A stretch of 63,222 nt of DNA, filler included, from Candidatus Rokuibacteriota bacterium (GTDB lineage Bacteria; JAUVQV01; DATDCY01): assembly GCA_031406795.1 (NCBI GenBank). It is 4 parts of 4 records of this genome, joined end to end, with 100 filler letters (N's around TTAATTAATTAA, not from the genome) between each part and the next. Parts side by side here need not be neighbours in the genome. Positions count along the whole stretch, not along the records: positions 22,092 to 44,799 come from JANOHV010000165.1; 3 more parts are not named here. The stretch is one strand, 5' to 3'. The notes under the pieces were generated by a model, which made no database searches, had not been told where the DNA came from, and saw only the letters and a program-made list of their open reading frames with translations. Shown piece after piece: positions 32,828 to 43,308 of this stretch. The position numbers and the translations under genes were made by a program. Each line of letters begins with the position of its first letter. Positions within the stretch are counted from its first letter, which is position 1.

Positions 32828-33445
32828 ATGCTTGACACGGGGCTGATTCTGTTCCTGGCGAGCGTGGCGGTCATCTCGCTCTCCGGCGTCATCGTGCCGG
32901 GGCCGCTGCTGGCGGTGACCATCGCCAAGGGGCCCGAGGGGCCGCATGCCGGCCTCAAGACCGGCCTGGGCCACGGTCTCGTCGAGATGCCGCTGATCGC
33001 GCTGATCGCGCTCGGCTTCGGGACGTTCTTCGCCTCGCGCGCCTTCACGCTCGCCGTCGGCCTTCTCGGCGGCGCGATGCTCATTTACCTCGGCGCGGGG
33101 ATCGTGCGCGCTCGCGGGGAGCTGACCGCCGGGGCCGTGAACCTGCCGTACCGCGCGGTCCCCTCCGGAGCGCTCGCGACACTGATGAACCCGTATTTCT
33201 TCATCTGGTGGGCGACGATCGGCGCGGCGCTCGTCGTGCAGGCGGCCGGCTGGGGGTTGACGGGGCTGATCCTCTTCGGCCTCGTGCACTGGGCGTGCGA
33301 CATCGGCTGGTACTGGCTGGTGACCGTGGCGCTCGCGCGGGGAAGTTCGGGTTCGGGGCGATTGCCGCGCCGCATTTACTTCTGCGCGGGGCTGCTGCTG
33401 CTTGGCTTTGGCCTCTGGTTTCTCTGGGGCGCCATCTTCCGTTAG
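32828..33445 (+). CDS. LysE family translocator
   Basis: SGVIVPGP, GHGLVE and NPYFFIWWATIG. Confidence 0.9.
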   Translation: MLDTGLILFLASVAVISLSGVIVPGPLLAVTIAKGPEGPHAGLKTGLGHGLVEMPLIALIALGFGTFFASRAFTLAVGLLGGAMLIYLGAGIVRARGELTAGAVNLPYRAVPSGALATLMNPYFFIWWATIGAALVVQAAGWGLTGLILFGLVHWACDIGWYWLVTVALARGSSGSGRLPRRIYFCAGLLLLGFGLWFLWGAIFR

Positions 33446-33482
33446 CCCGGGTCGCTGGGGAGGCCCTGATGCGCCCCGGCGG

Positions 33483-34142
33483 CTATTTTCCCGGGAAAGC
33501 CTCGAAGACGAACAACAGATCGAAGCTCTTCGAGTCCAGCCAGAGATCGTCGATCTCGAGCACGACCTGCTTGATCGCCTCGGGAGGCGAGCGGAACACC
33601 AGGTAGCGCTCGAGTGTCTGGCCGGGCCGGATGGTGGCCGTGATGTCGAAGCTCACGCGGCGGAAGGCCCGGCCGCGCGCTTCCGCCCCGGCCACTTCCT
33701 CCCCCGCGAACGCGAAGAGATCCGAGTTTTCCATCGGGATCAGGGGCGATTCTCCCTTGCGCAGCAGCGAGGCGCGCATCGGGTTGAAGACGAGCGTTCG
33801 CGTCGACCGGTTCTCGAAGAGCACCCGGAAGAACAGAAAGCGGCCCACCGCCTCGTCATCGTCGCCGAAGGGGCACAATTCGCCGGAGCGGCGGAATTCC
33901 TCCGCGATCAGGCGGTAGTCCCAGGGGCGCACCGAGACGCTGAACTCCGGCCCCGCGAAGACGATCGCCCCTTGCGCGAGCGAGTAGTTGTCGAGTCCCG
34001 GCGGCACCGGATGCAGCAGCAGCGGTCCCGCCGGTTTGGTCGCACAGGCGGCGACGACCATGGCGAGCGCCGCAGCGGCGGCAAGGCGCAGCGCCCGGAT
34101 CAGCAGCGAAGACGTTCGTGCGTCAGGCACAAAACTCCCCAT
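33483..34142 (-). CDS. Hypothetical lipoprotein
   Basis: Lipobox-like VVAAC after a hydrophobic stretch; overlaps the mtaB stop. Confidence 0.65.
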   Translation of the reverse strand: MGSFVPDARTSSLLIRALRLAAAAALAMVVAACATKPAGPLLLHPVPPGLDNYSLAQGAIVFAGPEFSVSVRPWDYRLIAEEFRRSGELCPFGDDDEAVGRFLFFRVLFENRSTRTLVFNPMRASLLRKGESPLIPMENSDLFAFAGEEVAGAEARGRAFRRVSFDITATIRPGQTLERYLVFRSPPEAIKQVVLEIDDLWLDSKSFDLLFVFEAFPGK

Positions 34143-35430
34143 GAAGCTTTCCCCCTTCGTGAGCGGTGACCAGCAGATTGCGAAAACCGCCAACCTCTTC
34201 CCGCGTTGCGCGAACGTAAACCGTCAGGTAGTTCCCCGTCAAGCCGTGAGTCGCCCCCCGCTTCGCCCCGGGCTGCCCCTGAATGAGCGCCCGCACCGTG
34301 CGCCCGACGTGCCGCTCGAGGAAGGCCCGGGATTTTTCGCGGCCGAGCTCGCGCAAGACCCGGGCGCGCCGGCCGCGTTCCGCGGCGGGCACCTGGTCTG
34401 CCATCGCGGCGGCGGGGGTCGCGGGCCGCGGGGAAAACGGGAAGACGTGCAGGTAGGTCAGCGGCAGCGAGCGGATGAGGCTCACGGTTTCCTCGAAATC
34501 CTCCTCGCGTTCGCCCGGGAAACCGGCGATGACGTCCGCGCCGAGGCCGGGGTCGGGAAGGCTGCGCGCCAGCCGCTCGACGACTCGCGCGAACACCGCC
34601 GGCGCGTAGGGGCGGCGCATCGAGCGCAGCACGGCGGCCGAACCGCTCTGGAGGGGGATGTGCAGATGCGGACAGATGGCCGGCGACGCGGCGAGCAGGT
34701 CGAGCAGTTCGGGGGTGAACTCGGTCGGCTCGAGGGAGGAGAGCCGCAGGCGCTCCAGGCCGGGGAGAGCGAGCAGCTGCGTGAGCAGAGCGGCGAGAGT
34801 TCGCGAGGGGTTCAGGTCGCGGCCCCAGGCGCCCAGATGCACGCCGGTGAGCACCAGCTCCCGGTACCCGGCGGCGACGAGCTTCGCCACCTGGGCCAGG
34901 ACGACGTCGGCGGGCAGGCTGCGGCTCGGCCCTCGCGCCAGCGGGACGATGCAGTAAGCGCAGCCGGCGTCGCAGCCGTCCTGGATTTTCACGAAGGCGC
35001 GCGTGTGCCCGGCAAACGCGGTGACCAGCGCGAAGGCCGGTCTCGTCCCCGAAGCGAGGCCGCCAGCGGCGATGCGCGCGGCGCGCGGCCGGCCCCGATC
35101 GTCGAGATGGTCGAAGACGGCTTCCTTTTCCCGGTTTCCCAGCACGAGGTCGACCTCCGGCATCCCGCCGATCGCGCCGGGCTGCGCCTGGGCCAGGCAG
35201 CCCGTCGCGATCAGCGTGGCCGCCGGCGACCCCCGCCGGGCCTTGCGCAGCGCCGCGCGGCAGCGGGCGTCGGACTGCGCGGTCACGGTGCAGGTGTTCA
35301 CGATGACGACATCCGCCGTTTCGCCGAAGGCGATCGATCGCCAGCCCCGCTCGGAGAACTGGCGCTCGATGTCGTTCGTCTCGTGCTGATTGAGCTTGCA
35401 GCCGATGGTGTGGAAGGCGACGGTCTTCAT
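34123..35430 (-). CDS. mtaB: tRNA t6A methylthiotransferase
   Basis: TIGCKLNQHE, NTCTVT, KIQDGCDAGCAYC and HVFPFSPR. Confidence 0.93.
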   Translation of the reverse strand: MKTVAFHTIGCKLNQHETNDIERQFSERGWRSIAFGETADVVIVNTCTVTAQSDARCRAALRKARRGSPAATLIATGCLAQAQPGAIGGMPEVDLVLGNREKEAVFDHLDDRGRPRAARIAAGGLASGTRPAFALVTAFAGHTRAFVKIQDGCDAGCAYCIVPLARGPSRSLPADVVLAQVAKLVAAGYRELVLTGVHLGAWGRDLNPSRTLAALLTQLLALPGLERLRLSSLEPTEFTPELLDLLAASPAICPHLHIPLQSGSAAVLRSMRRPYAPAVFARVVERLARSLPDPGLGADVIAGFPGEREEDFEETVSLIRSLPLTYLHVFPFSPRPATPAAAMADQVPAAERGRRARVLRELGREKSRAFLERHVGRTVRALIQGQPGAKRGATHGLTGNYLTVYVRATREEVGGFRNLLVTAHEGGKLHGEFCA

Positions 35431-35500
35431 CGGGTGAAAGTATGCGCACCGCCGGGCAGCGAGGCAAGCGCAAGCTTTTGCGGGCCCCGCTTCTCCGCGC

Positions 35501-36913
35501 TTGCATAATGCTCGCTCCGACAGTAGCTTTCAGCATGAGCAGTTGCCGGACCGGCAGTCCGAAGAGCCGCCATTTCAGAACACGCGGTTTCTTGCGGCGC
35601 GCTCGAATGCGCGGGACGCCGCCGTGATCCTTTCTGCGCGATTTGCCCGCGCCGCCCTGGCGGCTGCGCTGCTGACCGCGTGCGGGAAGCCCGTCGAGGG
35701 GGATTCCGCGCGGCCGCGGGGCGGCGACGCTTCGCCGACGGTGCCCGTCGTGGTCGCCGAGGCGGTCACGCGCCGCGTCGAGACGCGGCTGGACCAGGTG
35801 GGGACGCTGCGCTCCGGGCGCGAGGTCACCGTTCGTTCCGAGGCCGGCGGCACCGTCATCGAGATACTGTTCGCCGAGGGCGGATCGGTGCGGCGGGGCG
35901 AGGTCCTCGCCCGACTCGACGCCCGCAAGCTCGAAGCGGAGATCCTCAGACTGGAGGCCCAGCTTCTGCAGCTGACGACGCGGGCCGCCAACCGCCGCCG
36001 GGACCTGGAGCGCAACCAGCCCCTGACCGAGGCCGAAGTCCGCAAGCAGGAGGAGCGCGTGCGCCAGCTCGCGGCGCGCCTCGCGAACCGGCGCCGGGAC
36101 CTGGAGCGCAACCGGGACATGCTGGCCAGGGAACTGGTCTCCCGCCAGTCCTTCGACACGATCGAGACCGAGATCGAGGAGGGCGCGGCCGAGCTCGCCC
36201 AGGCCGAGATCGAGCTTGCGCGCCAGAGCGACCTGGTCGCAGGCCAGAGCGCCGACCGCGTCCGCACCGACCTGCAGGAGACCGAGGCCGAGATCGCCCA
36301 GGCGCGGGCCACTCTCGTGCGCGAGCGGGCGCGGCTGGCGGACGCGACGATCCGTGCGCCCTTCGACGGCGTCGCCGGGACCCGCCAGGTGAACGTCGGC
36401 GATTTCGTCGCGGCCGGCGGGGGCATCGTCACGCTGGTCGATCTCGACCCGCTCGAGATCGCCTTTTCCGTGCCGGAGAAGCACAAGGAGCGGCTCGCCG
36501 TCGGCCTGCCGGTGCACATCGGCGTGGACGCTTATGCGGACCGCACCTTCGCGGGCGCGATCTCGTACGTCTCGCCGCGCGTCGACGAGCAGACGCGCGC
36601 CTTCCCGGTGAAGGCGGAAGTAGGCAACGCCGAAGGCCGGCTCAACCCGGGGATGTTCGCCCGCGTCGCCTTCGTCACCGGGGTCCGCGAGTCGGCGCTG
36701 ACGGTGCCCGCCGAGGCGCTGATTCCGGCGGAGGGCGCGAGCAGTCTGTTCGTCGTCGAAGGGGACAAGGCGCGCAAGGTGCCGGTCCGACCCGGCGAGA
36801 GCGTCGACGGCTGGGTCGAGGTGCTCGACTCGGGTCTGGCGCCCGGCGCGCAGGTCATCGTCGAAGGAAAATTCGCGCTCCGCGACGGCGCGCGCGTGCT
36901 CGTCCAGCCGTAG
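35501..36913 (+). CDS. RND efflux membrane fusion protein
   Basis: Lipobox LLTAC, IRAPFDG and LNPGMF; start may be later. Confidence 0.9.
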   Translation: MHNARSDSSFQHEQLPDRQSEEPPFQNTRFLAARSNARDAAVILSARFARAALAAALLTACGKPVEGDSARPRGGDASPTVPVVVAEAVTRRVETRLDQVGTLRSGREVTVRSEAGGTVIEILFAEGGSVRRGEVLARLDARKLEAEILRLEAQLLQLTTRAANRRRDLERNQPLTEAEVRKQEERVRQLAARLANRRRDLERNRDMLARELVSRQSFDTIETEIEEGAAELAQAEIELARQSDLVAGQSADRVRTDLQETEAEIAQARATLVRERARLADATIRAPFDGVAGTRQVNVGDFVAAGGGIVTLVDLDPLEIAFSVPEKHKERLAVGLPVHIGVDAYADRTFAGAISYVSPRVDEQTRAFPVKAEVGNAEGRLNPGMFARVAFVTGVRESALTVPAEALIPAEGASSLFVVEGDKARKVPVRPGESVDGWVEVLDSGLAPGAQVIVEGKFALRDGARVLVQP

Positions 36914-36916
36914 CCC

Positions 36917-39900
36917 ATGTTTCTGCCGCACTTCTCCATCCGCCGGCCCGTGGCGGCCACCGTGATGGTGGGTGCACTCGTCGTGTTCGGGGCGATCGGG
37001 CTGTCCCGTCTCGGCATCTCCCTCTACCCCGACGTGGACTACCCGATCGTCACGGTCTCGACGCTCTGGCCGAACGCGCGGCCGGAAGAGGTGGACAACG
37101 AGATCACCGACCGGCTCGAGGACGCCGTGATCGGCGTGAGCGGCATCCGCCACCTCTCCTCCCAGAGTCTGCCCGGCCGGTCGCAGATCACGATCGAGTT
37201 CCAGCTCGAGAAGGACGTCGACGTCGCCGCGCAGGAGGTGCGCGACAAGGTCGCCGCGCGGGTGCGGCAGCTGCCCGATGACGCCGAGGCGCCGATCGTC
37301 GACAAGCAGGACCTGAACGGCCAGCCGATCCTCTGGCTCGCCCTGACCGGCGAGCAACCCGTCGAGGAGCTCACGCGCTTCGCCGTCGACCAGGTCCGCC
37401 CGCTGCTGCAGCGCTTCGAGGGTGTCGGCGATGTGCGCGTCGGCGGCGCCCGGGAGAAGGAGATCAGGATCTGGCTCGACCGCGAGCGGCTCGCGGCGCA
37501 CGACGTCGCCGTCGCGGAGGTGGCCGCGGCGATCCGGGCCCAGCACGCCGAGGTGCCCGGGGGAAAGATCGAGTCGCGGGAGCGCGAATATCTGATCCGC
37601 ACCATCGGCACGCTGGCGGAGCCCGCGGCGTTCAACGAGCTGATCCTCGCGTGGCGCTCCGGCCGGCCCGTGCGCCTGCGCGACGTCGGGTACGCCGAGG
37701 CGGGGCGGCAGGAGAACCTCTCGGTGGCCCGCTTCACCGACCGCAACGGGAGCCGGACGACGGTTTCGCTCGGGATCGCCCCGCGCTCGGGCGCGAACCA
37801 GGTCGCGATCGCGAGAAGCGTCAAGGAGCTGCTGCCGGAGATCCGCGGGATCCTCCTCGAGGGGATGCAGATTCAGGTCGCCGCCGACAACACGCGCTTC
37901 ATCGAGGAGTCGATCGCGGAGATCCGCTCGCAGCTGCTCTTCGGCGGGGCGGCGGCGGTGCTGACGATCCTGCTGTTCCTGCAGAGCTTCCGTACCACGC
38001 TGATCAGCGCGGTGCCGGTGCCGACCGCGATCGTCGCGACCTTCGCCGGGATGTACCTGCTCGGGTACACGCTGAACAACATGACGATGCTCGCGTTGAT
38101 CACCGGCATTGGGCTGATGATCGACGATGCGATCGTCACCGTCGAGAACATCCATCGCCACCGGACCAGCCTCGGCAAAGGCCCGATGCGCGCCGCTCTC
38201 GACGGCTCGGGCGAGGTCTACTTCGCCGTGATGGCCACCAACGTCGCAATGGCCGGCGTGTTTCTGCCCGTGGCGTTCATGGGGGGGCTCGTCGGGCGCT
38301 TCTTCCTGGAGTTCGCGGTCACGATGACCTTCGCGATCCTCGCCTCGACCTTCGTCGGCTTGACGGTCGTGCCGATGCTCGCCTCCCGCCTGCTGAAGGG
38401 GGGAGGGGGCACCTCGCCGGTGTTCCGCGTCTTCAACCGCATCGAGGAGGTTTCGGTGCGCAACTACCGGCGTCTGATCGGCTGGTCGCTGCGTCGCCGC
38501 CCGGTCGTGCTCGCGGTCGCGCTTGGCGCCCTCGTCGTCGGCGTGCTGCTTTTCCAGGCGCTCGGGAAGGAGCTCGTGGCGGCCGAGGACCAGGGGCGCT
38601 TCTTTGTCAGGCTGCGGCTGCCCCTCTCCTACTCGCTGCAGAAGACCGAGGAGGTGCTGCGCCGGGTCGAGGAGCGGCTGAAGGAGATTCCGGAGATCAG
38701 TCATTTCTTCAGCTTCGCCGGGGCCGGAGGCGCCCAGAACGCGAACATCAACGTCACGCTGCTGCCGAAGACGCAGCGGCGTCGGACGCAGCAGCAGATC
38801 CAGCGCCAGATCAACGCGCTGCTGCGCTCGCTCCCGGATCTGCGGGGGGTGGCGGCCGACGTCTCGCCGCTCGGCGCCGGCGGGCGCAGCGAGGACGTGC
38901 AGCTCGTGATCATGGGGGCCGATCTTGCGGGGCTGGACCGGTACTCCCGGGAGGTCATGGAGCGCCTCGACCGGCTGCCCGGCTACGTCGGGGTCACCCG
39001 CGATCTGGACGTGGGGAAGCCCGAGGTGCGGGTCCGCATCGACCGTGATCGGGCCGCCGACGCGGGGGTCGCCGTGCGGGACGTCGCGGAAGCCGTCAGT
39101 GCGCTGATGGGGGGGCAGGACGTCGGCGACTACGTGGAGGGGGGGCGCAGCCACGAAATCCGGATGCGGCTGGTTCCGCGCCACCGGGAGTTGCCTCAGG
39201 ACGTGGGGCGGATCTGGGTGCGGTCGCGCGAGGGGCGCCTCGTCGACGCCAGCGGCTTCATTACCCTGGAGGTCGGGGTCGGTCCGAGCGTCGTCAACCG
39301 CACGGACCGGCGCCGGTCGGCCACCGTTTACGCCAAGCTCGACGGAAAGGTCCTCGGCGCGGCGCTCCCGGAGGTGCGGGCGCTCGCCGACGAGATCCTG
39401 CCCGAAGGCTACGGCACTCGCTTCGCCGGCCGGGCCGAGGCCTTCGGGGAAACCGGCCGTCATGCGGCCTTCGCCTTCGCTCTCGCGGTGCTGCTGACGT
39501 ATCTTGTCCTCGCGTTCCAGTTCGAGAGCTTCACGCAGCCGCTCGCCATCATGACGGGCCTGCCGCTGGCGTTCGTGGGGGCGTTCGGCCTGCTGCTGCT
39601 GTTCGGCAACACGGTGAACATGTTCTCGCTGATGGGCCTGATCCTCCTCGTGGGGATCGCGACGAAGAATGGGATCCTGCTCGTCGACTTCACGAACCAG
39701 ATCCGCGGCCGCGGCTACCGGGTCGACGAGGCCCTGGTGGAGGCGGGCGCGACCCGCCTGCGGCCGATCCTGATGACCGCGGTTTCGACGATCGCCGGGG
39801 TGGTGCCGGTCGTGCTCGGCCTCGGCGTCGGCAGCGAAAGCCGCCAGCCTCTGGCGGTGGCGATTACCGGCGGGATCATCTCGTCGACCTTCCTGACGCT

Positions 39901-40027
39901 CGTTGTTGTGCCGGTGGCGTACAGCTACCTGGAACAGTTCGGGCGGCTGCGTTTCGTGGGCTGGATCAGGGAGCGGGTCATCGTCCGCGACGGCGGGGAC
40001 GACGCTGCCGGCGGCGGCCCGGCGTGA
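36917..40027 (+). CDS. RND efflux permease (AcrB/MdtC-like)
   Basis: 1036 aa; GLMIDDAIV, KNGILLVDF and RLRPILMT. Confidence 0.95.
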   Translation: MFLPHFSIRRPVAATVMVGALVVFGAIGLSRLGISLYPDVDYPIVTVSTLWPNARPEEVDNEITDRLEDAVIGVSGIRHLSSQSLPGRSQITIEFQLEKDVDVAAQEVRDKVAARVRQLPDDAEAPIVDKQDLNGQPILWLALTGEQPVEELTRFAVDQVRPLLQRFEGVGDVRVGGAREKEIRIWLDRERLAAHDVAVAEVAAAIRAQHAEVPGGKIESREREYLIRTIGTLAEPAAFNELILAWRSGRPVRLRDVGYAEAGRQENLSVARFTDRNGSRTTVSLGIAPRSGANQVAIARSVKELLPEIRGILLEGMQIQVAADNTRFIEESIAEIRSQLLFGGAAAVLTILLFLQSFRTTLISAVPVPTAIVATFAGMYLLGYTLNNMTMLALITGIGLMIDDAIVTVENIHRHRTSLGKGPMRAALDGSGEVYFAVMATNVAMAGVFLPVAFMGGLVGRFFLEFAVTMTFAILASTFVGLTVVPMLASRLLKGGGGTSPVFRVFNRIEEVSVRNYRRLIGWSLRRRPVVLAVALGALVVGVLLFQALGKELVAAEDQGRFFVRLRLPLSYSLQKTEEVLRRVEERLKEIPEISHFFSFAGAGGAQNANINVTLLPKTQRRRTQQQIQRQINALLRSLPDLRGVAADVSPLGAGGRSEDVQLVIMGADLAGLDRYSREVMERLDRLPGYVGVTRDLDVGKPEVRVRIDRDRAADAGVAVRDVAEAVSALMGGQDVGDYVEGGRSHEIRMRLVPRHRELPQDVGRIWVRSREGRLVDASGFITLEVGVGPSVVNRTDRRRSATVYAKLDGKVLGAALPEVRALADEILPEGYGTRFAGRAEAFGETGRHAAFAFALAVLLTYLVLAFQFESFTQPLAIMTGLPLAFVGAFGLLLLFGNTVNMFSLMGLILLVGIATKNGILLVDFTNQIRGRGYRVDEALVEAGATRLRPILMTAVSTIAGVVPVVLGLGVGSESRQPLAVAITGGIISSTFLTLVVVPVAYSYLEQFGRLRFVGWIRERVIVRDGGDDAAGGGPA

Positions 40028-40140
40028 AGCGGGAGTCTCCGGACCGGGCCCCGGAGGGCGATTTTCGCTGGGCGGCCATCGTCGTATGGTAGCAAAATCG
40101 CCGGCATGCGCCACCCGCCGCGATCTGCTAGACTTTTGTT

Positions 40141-40830
40141 ATGGAGCGTCCGTCAGCGCGCCTCGCCACGATTTCCGAATTGCGTGACCGCACGCGGGTT
40201 TTTCGCGACCGCACGCACGCCGGCGAAGTTCTCGCCGGCATGCTCGCGGGGGCGCTGCCGGCCGGCGCGATCGTCCTGGCGATTCCCGCCGGCGGCGTTC
40301 CGGTCGCCGCCGAGATCGCGCGCCGGCTGGCCTTGCCCCTCGAACTGGCGGTGGTCAGCAAGGTCCTTCTGCCCTGGAACACCGAATCCGGTTACGGCGC
40401 GGTGGCGTTCGACGGCACGGTGCGACTGAACGAGCCGATGGTGGCCGCACTCGGTCTGTCGCCGCAGACGGTCGAAGAGGGCCTTGCGGCAACGCGGGAG
40501 CGGGTGGCGCGGCGCGTGCGCACCCTGCGGCGGGACAGGCCGATGCCGGATCTGCGCACCGTCGCGGCTGTTCTTGTCGACGACGGTCTGGCCTCCGGCT
40601 TTACGATGATGGTGGCGGTCGAGGCCCTGCGCCGGGGTGGAGCCGCTGCCGTGATCGTCGCCGTGCCGACCGGACATCTCGACGCGTTGGAGCGTCTCGC
40701 GCCGCACGTCGATCAGGTGTTCTGTGCGAACGTGCGCGCCGGCAGGAGCTTCGCGGTCGCCGACGCCTACCAGCGGTGGACGGATGTGTCGGAGGACGAG
40801 GTGCGCGCGATCCTGGCGCGCACCGCCTAG
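40141..40830 (+). CDS. Phosphoribosyltransferase family protein
   Basis: FRDRTHAG, AIPAGGVPV and VLVDDGLASG. Confidence 0.9.
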   Translation: MERPSARLATISELRDRTRVFRDRTHAGEVLAGMLAGALPAGAIVLAIPAGGVPVAAEIARRLALPLELAVVSKVLLPWNTESGYGAVAFDGTVRLNEPMVAALGLSPQTVEEGLAATRERVARRVRTLRRDRPMPDLRTVAAVLVDDGLASGFTMMVAVEALRRGGAAAVIVAVPTGHLDALERLAPHVDQVFCANVRAGRSFAVADAYQRWTDVSEDEVRAILARTA

Positions 40831-41144
40831 CGACAATGCACCCGTAACTCGCAGCTCCTGAGCGGGCCGTACATCAAGCCCAGGATTCGCTTCAGATGAC
40901 TGACGAGCGCCATCTCGAACTCCGAGTCCTGGAGATCGAGAATGAGCCACATGTCGTGCAGGCCTGACTCGGCGGCGAACCGATACTTGTTGTCCCTGAA
41001 TCCGGCAAGTTCCTTCGAGAGCGAGTCCTCGTTGAGCAAGACATGGCGGATCTTCTTGTCGGAGCCAACTTTCGTGTCGGCGCAATTCGGCATCAGATGG
41101 ACGATGACGCTGGGCTCACGGTAGTCGATGTACGCCTTGATCAT
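40827..41144 (-). CDS. Hypothetical protein (cassette-like, lower GC)
   Basis: GAAGGAGG RBS directly after an attC-like core GTTGACC. Confidence 0.7.
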   Translation of the reverse strand: MIKAYIDYREPSVIVHLMPNCADTKVGSDKKIRHVLLNEDSLSKELAGFRDNKYRFAAESGLHDMWLILDLQDSEFEMALVSHLKRILGLMYGPLRSCELRVHCR

Positions 41145-41157
41145 TATCCCTCCTTCG

Positions 41158-41216
41158 GGTCAACAGACCGTTTGCTGCCGGCGTGCATGATCGTCAGCTA
41201 CAACGCCTGGTTGGCC
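41158..41216 (-). other. Degenerate attC-like site
   Basis: GGCCAAC-caggc-GTTGTAGCTG...GCAGCAAACG-gtct-GTTGACC. Confidence 0.45.
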
Positions 41217-41682
41217 GTTGTTCATTCTGTTCCTTCCTTTGTGCCGAATATCGGTGCAGGTCCTTCAGCTTCTTCACGCAATCTCCGTGGTTGCTTGCGT
41301 CAATCAGCCTCTGCATATCATCGTTCCGGCAGACGGTCGCATCATGAGGGACCAGATTGTGGGTTGTGAAGTAGGCCACGCAGGCACCGTGACTGAGGCC
41401 GAGATCGTTATGCGACGCACAATACTCGGAAGTGGTTGCCTGTCCAGTCTCCTGAGAGAACGATTGATTTCTTCATCTGTCTTCCTCCCTGTTTTGAACG
41501 TCCAGACCTCGTCTTCATTTCACGCCAACCGGAGGCCTCGTAAGGGTTTTGCCAGCGTCTCAACGATGTCCGCCGTTCCGGCTTCCACCAACGACCGTGG
41601 CCAATGCGCAGAGAGCTCGCGATTGGCTCATAATGCATCGTCCGAATCAGTACTTGGGCCGTTGATCTGCTAGCCGCCGGGG

Positions 41683-42000
41683 CTAGTTCTCGAGCTTGTA
41701 GATCTCGCGCCGACCGTATTCGACTAGATCGTGGTATCTCTTCATCAGTTCCTCCATCTGCTTAAGCGTATCTGCATCCATCGCTGCGCCCTGACCTGAC
41801 ATCATCTTTTCGAAAGCATCGAGGCTCTCAATCTCAAACTCTGACACGACGGTCCAATAACGCTCCGCCACAAGATCGGTCATCACACGCATCTTTCCCT
41901 GGCCTGCCTTCTCCATCAACGCAGACATGGCGACGAACTTCTCCACGAGGGGCCGAACTTTACCCGGCTTGCAATACATGAGTTCTCGAACGAGCAGCAT
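41683..42000 (-). CDS. Hypothetical protein (possible NIPSNAP/ABM-like fold)
   Basis: Clean ORF with GGAGG RBS; the fold assignment is inference. Confidence 0.7.
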   Translation of the reverse strand: MLLVRELMYCKPGKVRPLVEKFVAMSALMEKAGQGKMRVMTDLVAERYWTVVSEFEIESLDAFEKMMSGQGAAMDADTLKQMEELMKRYHDLVEYGRREIYKLEN

Positions 42001-42061
42001 GGTTTAGCCTCCGTTGTTAAATGCGATCGCGAACCGATCCGTCAACGCCATCTTGCGCAGG

Positions 42062-42147
42062 CACCGAGCAGGCCGAGGGCCGTTAACCGGCTCCGCCCGG
42101 CCCTTCTCAGAACCGTACGTGACAGTTTTCCCGTGATATAGCTCAAG
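42062..42147 (-). mobile_element. Group II intron 3' remnant (domains V-VI)
   Basis: CTTGAGCTATATCACGGGAAAACTGTCACGTACGGTTCTGAG..GGCCG..CGGCCTGCTCGGTG resembles the DV/DVI consensus. Confidence 0.7.
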
Positions 42148-42356
42148 CATGTCGTTTGGCCTCTGTCGATGAAGAGAGACCCGGCAATTCCGTGAGTCCC
42201 GCATTTTCAGATCGTACAGCCGTCCTGGAGCGGATGCAACCGCATCTCGCAGGATGCTTCGGCGCATTTCGGCGAGGCTCCATACCCCCTCGGGATGCAC
42301 TCGAGCGCGCTTGCCGGCCCGAGGTGTTCCTCCCTCACCCAAGGTCCGGAGTGAGC

Positions 42357-43229
42357 TCAGCTGTTGCCCCAGATGCTGGCTGAGGTATGGACCTGCACCT
42401 GCCATGTGCGATCATCCACTTCCCGCGCTCCCCAGCCGTACTCCACGGCAAAGCCGGACGGGGTGCGCAGATAGAACGACACCATATGGTCGTTGGTATG
42501 CTTCCCAGGTGCATCATGATCGGCACCTTCAGGTTCTGGCACAAATAATAGGCCGCCCCCACATCGTCGAGTGAGTTGGTCTGGAGCATGATGTGATGCA
42601 GGCGCCCGGCAGCCTGAGGGAGCGCCGCGAAGGCCAAGGTATGATGGCGCGAGTTGCAGTGCAAGAAAGCGCCTGCACGGTCTCGCCCGGCGCCAGGGAG
42701 AAGCGGACGAAGTCGCTGATCCGCATACCCAACACGTCGCGGTAGAAGCGCAGGCTGCGGTCGAAGTCATCGACGAACACGACGCAGTGCCCAAGCCCCC
42801 GTTCACCGGTCTGAAAACCGCTTATGGGACGGGGTGATTGGAAAGGTGTATCAAACGTCACTAACGGTCCGTAGAAGATTTCCGAGGCAATGCCGCTGGG
42901 ATCATGGAATTTGATAAACCCTGCGACGCGTCGTGCCTCGGCCTCCTCCGGTGCACCGGGCCGGACCGCCACGCCGGCCGCGGTGAGTTGGGCCGCCATG
43001 GAGTGCACCGCCTCCTCGGTGGCCACTTCCCACCCGATGTAAGCCAGGTCGTCTTTCCCCGTCGGATGGACAATGAAACGATGGTGATGCTCATCCATCC
43101 GCAGAAACAGCGAACTTTCGGCGTCTCGCCCATTTGCCTGCAGGCCCAGGATCTGGGCGGCAAAGCGCTCCCCTCGTCGACATTGCCGACACTCAGGCCC
43201 AAGTACCCCAGCTGCGTGACACTTGTTAT
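42357..43229 (-). pseudogene. Extradiol ring-cleavage dioxygenase (BphC/HsaC-like), frameshifted
   Basis: VTQLGYLGL / RMDEHHHR..GLGHCV / [15 protein letters not shown] / [22 protein letters not shown] over several frames; ATA at the expected start. Confidence 0.9.
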
Positions 43230-43308
43230 AGGAGCCTCCTTCAGATCATCCCTGATCCTTGCTGGGCTCACCGACGACCGCCTTCCCCTCCAGGACGCGA
43301 CTGCCGGG

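Noticed and set aside
34100..40114. 2004 aa minus-strand ORF and other long antisense ORFs (e.g. 1770-3881, 25354-27969, 50733-53018, 56264-58792)
   Set aside because: Shadow ORFs of high-GC genes on the opposite strand; no recognisable motifs.
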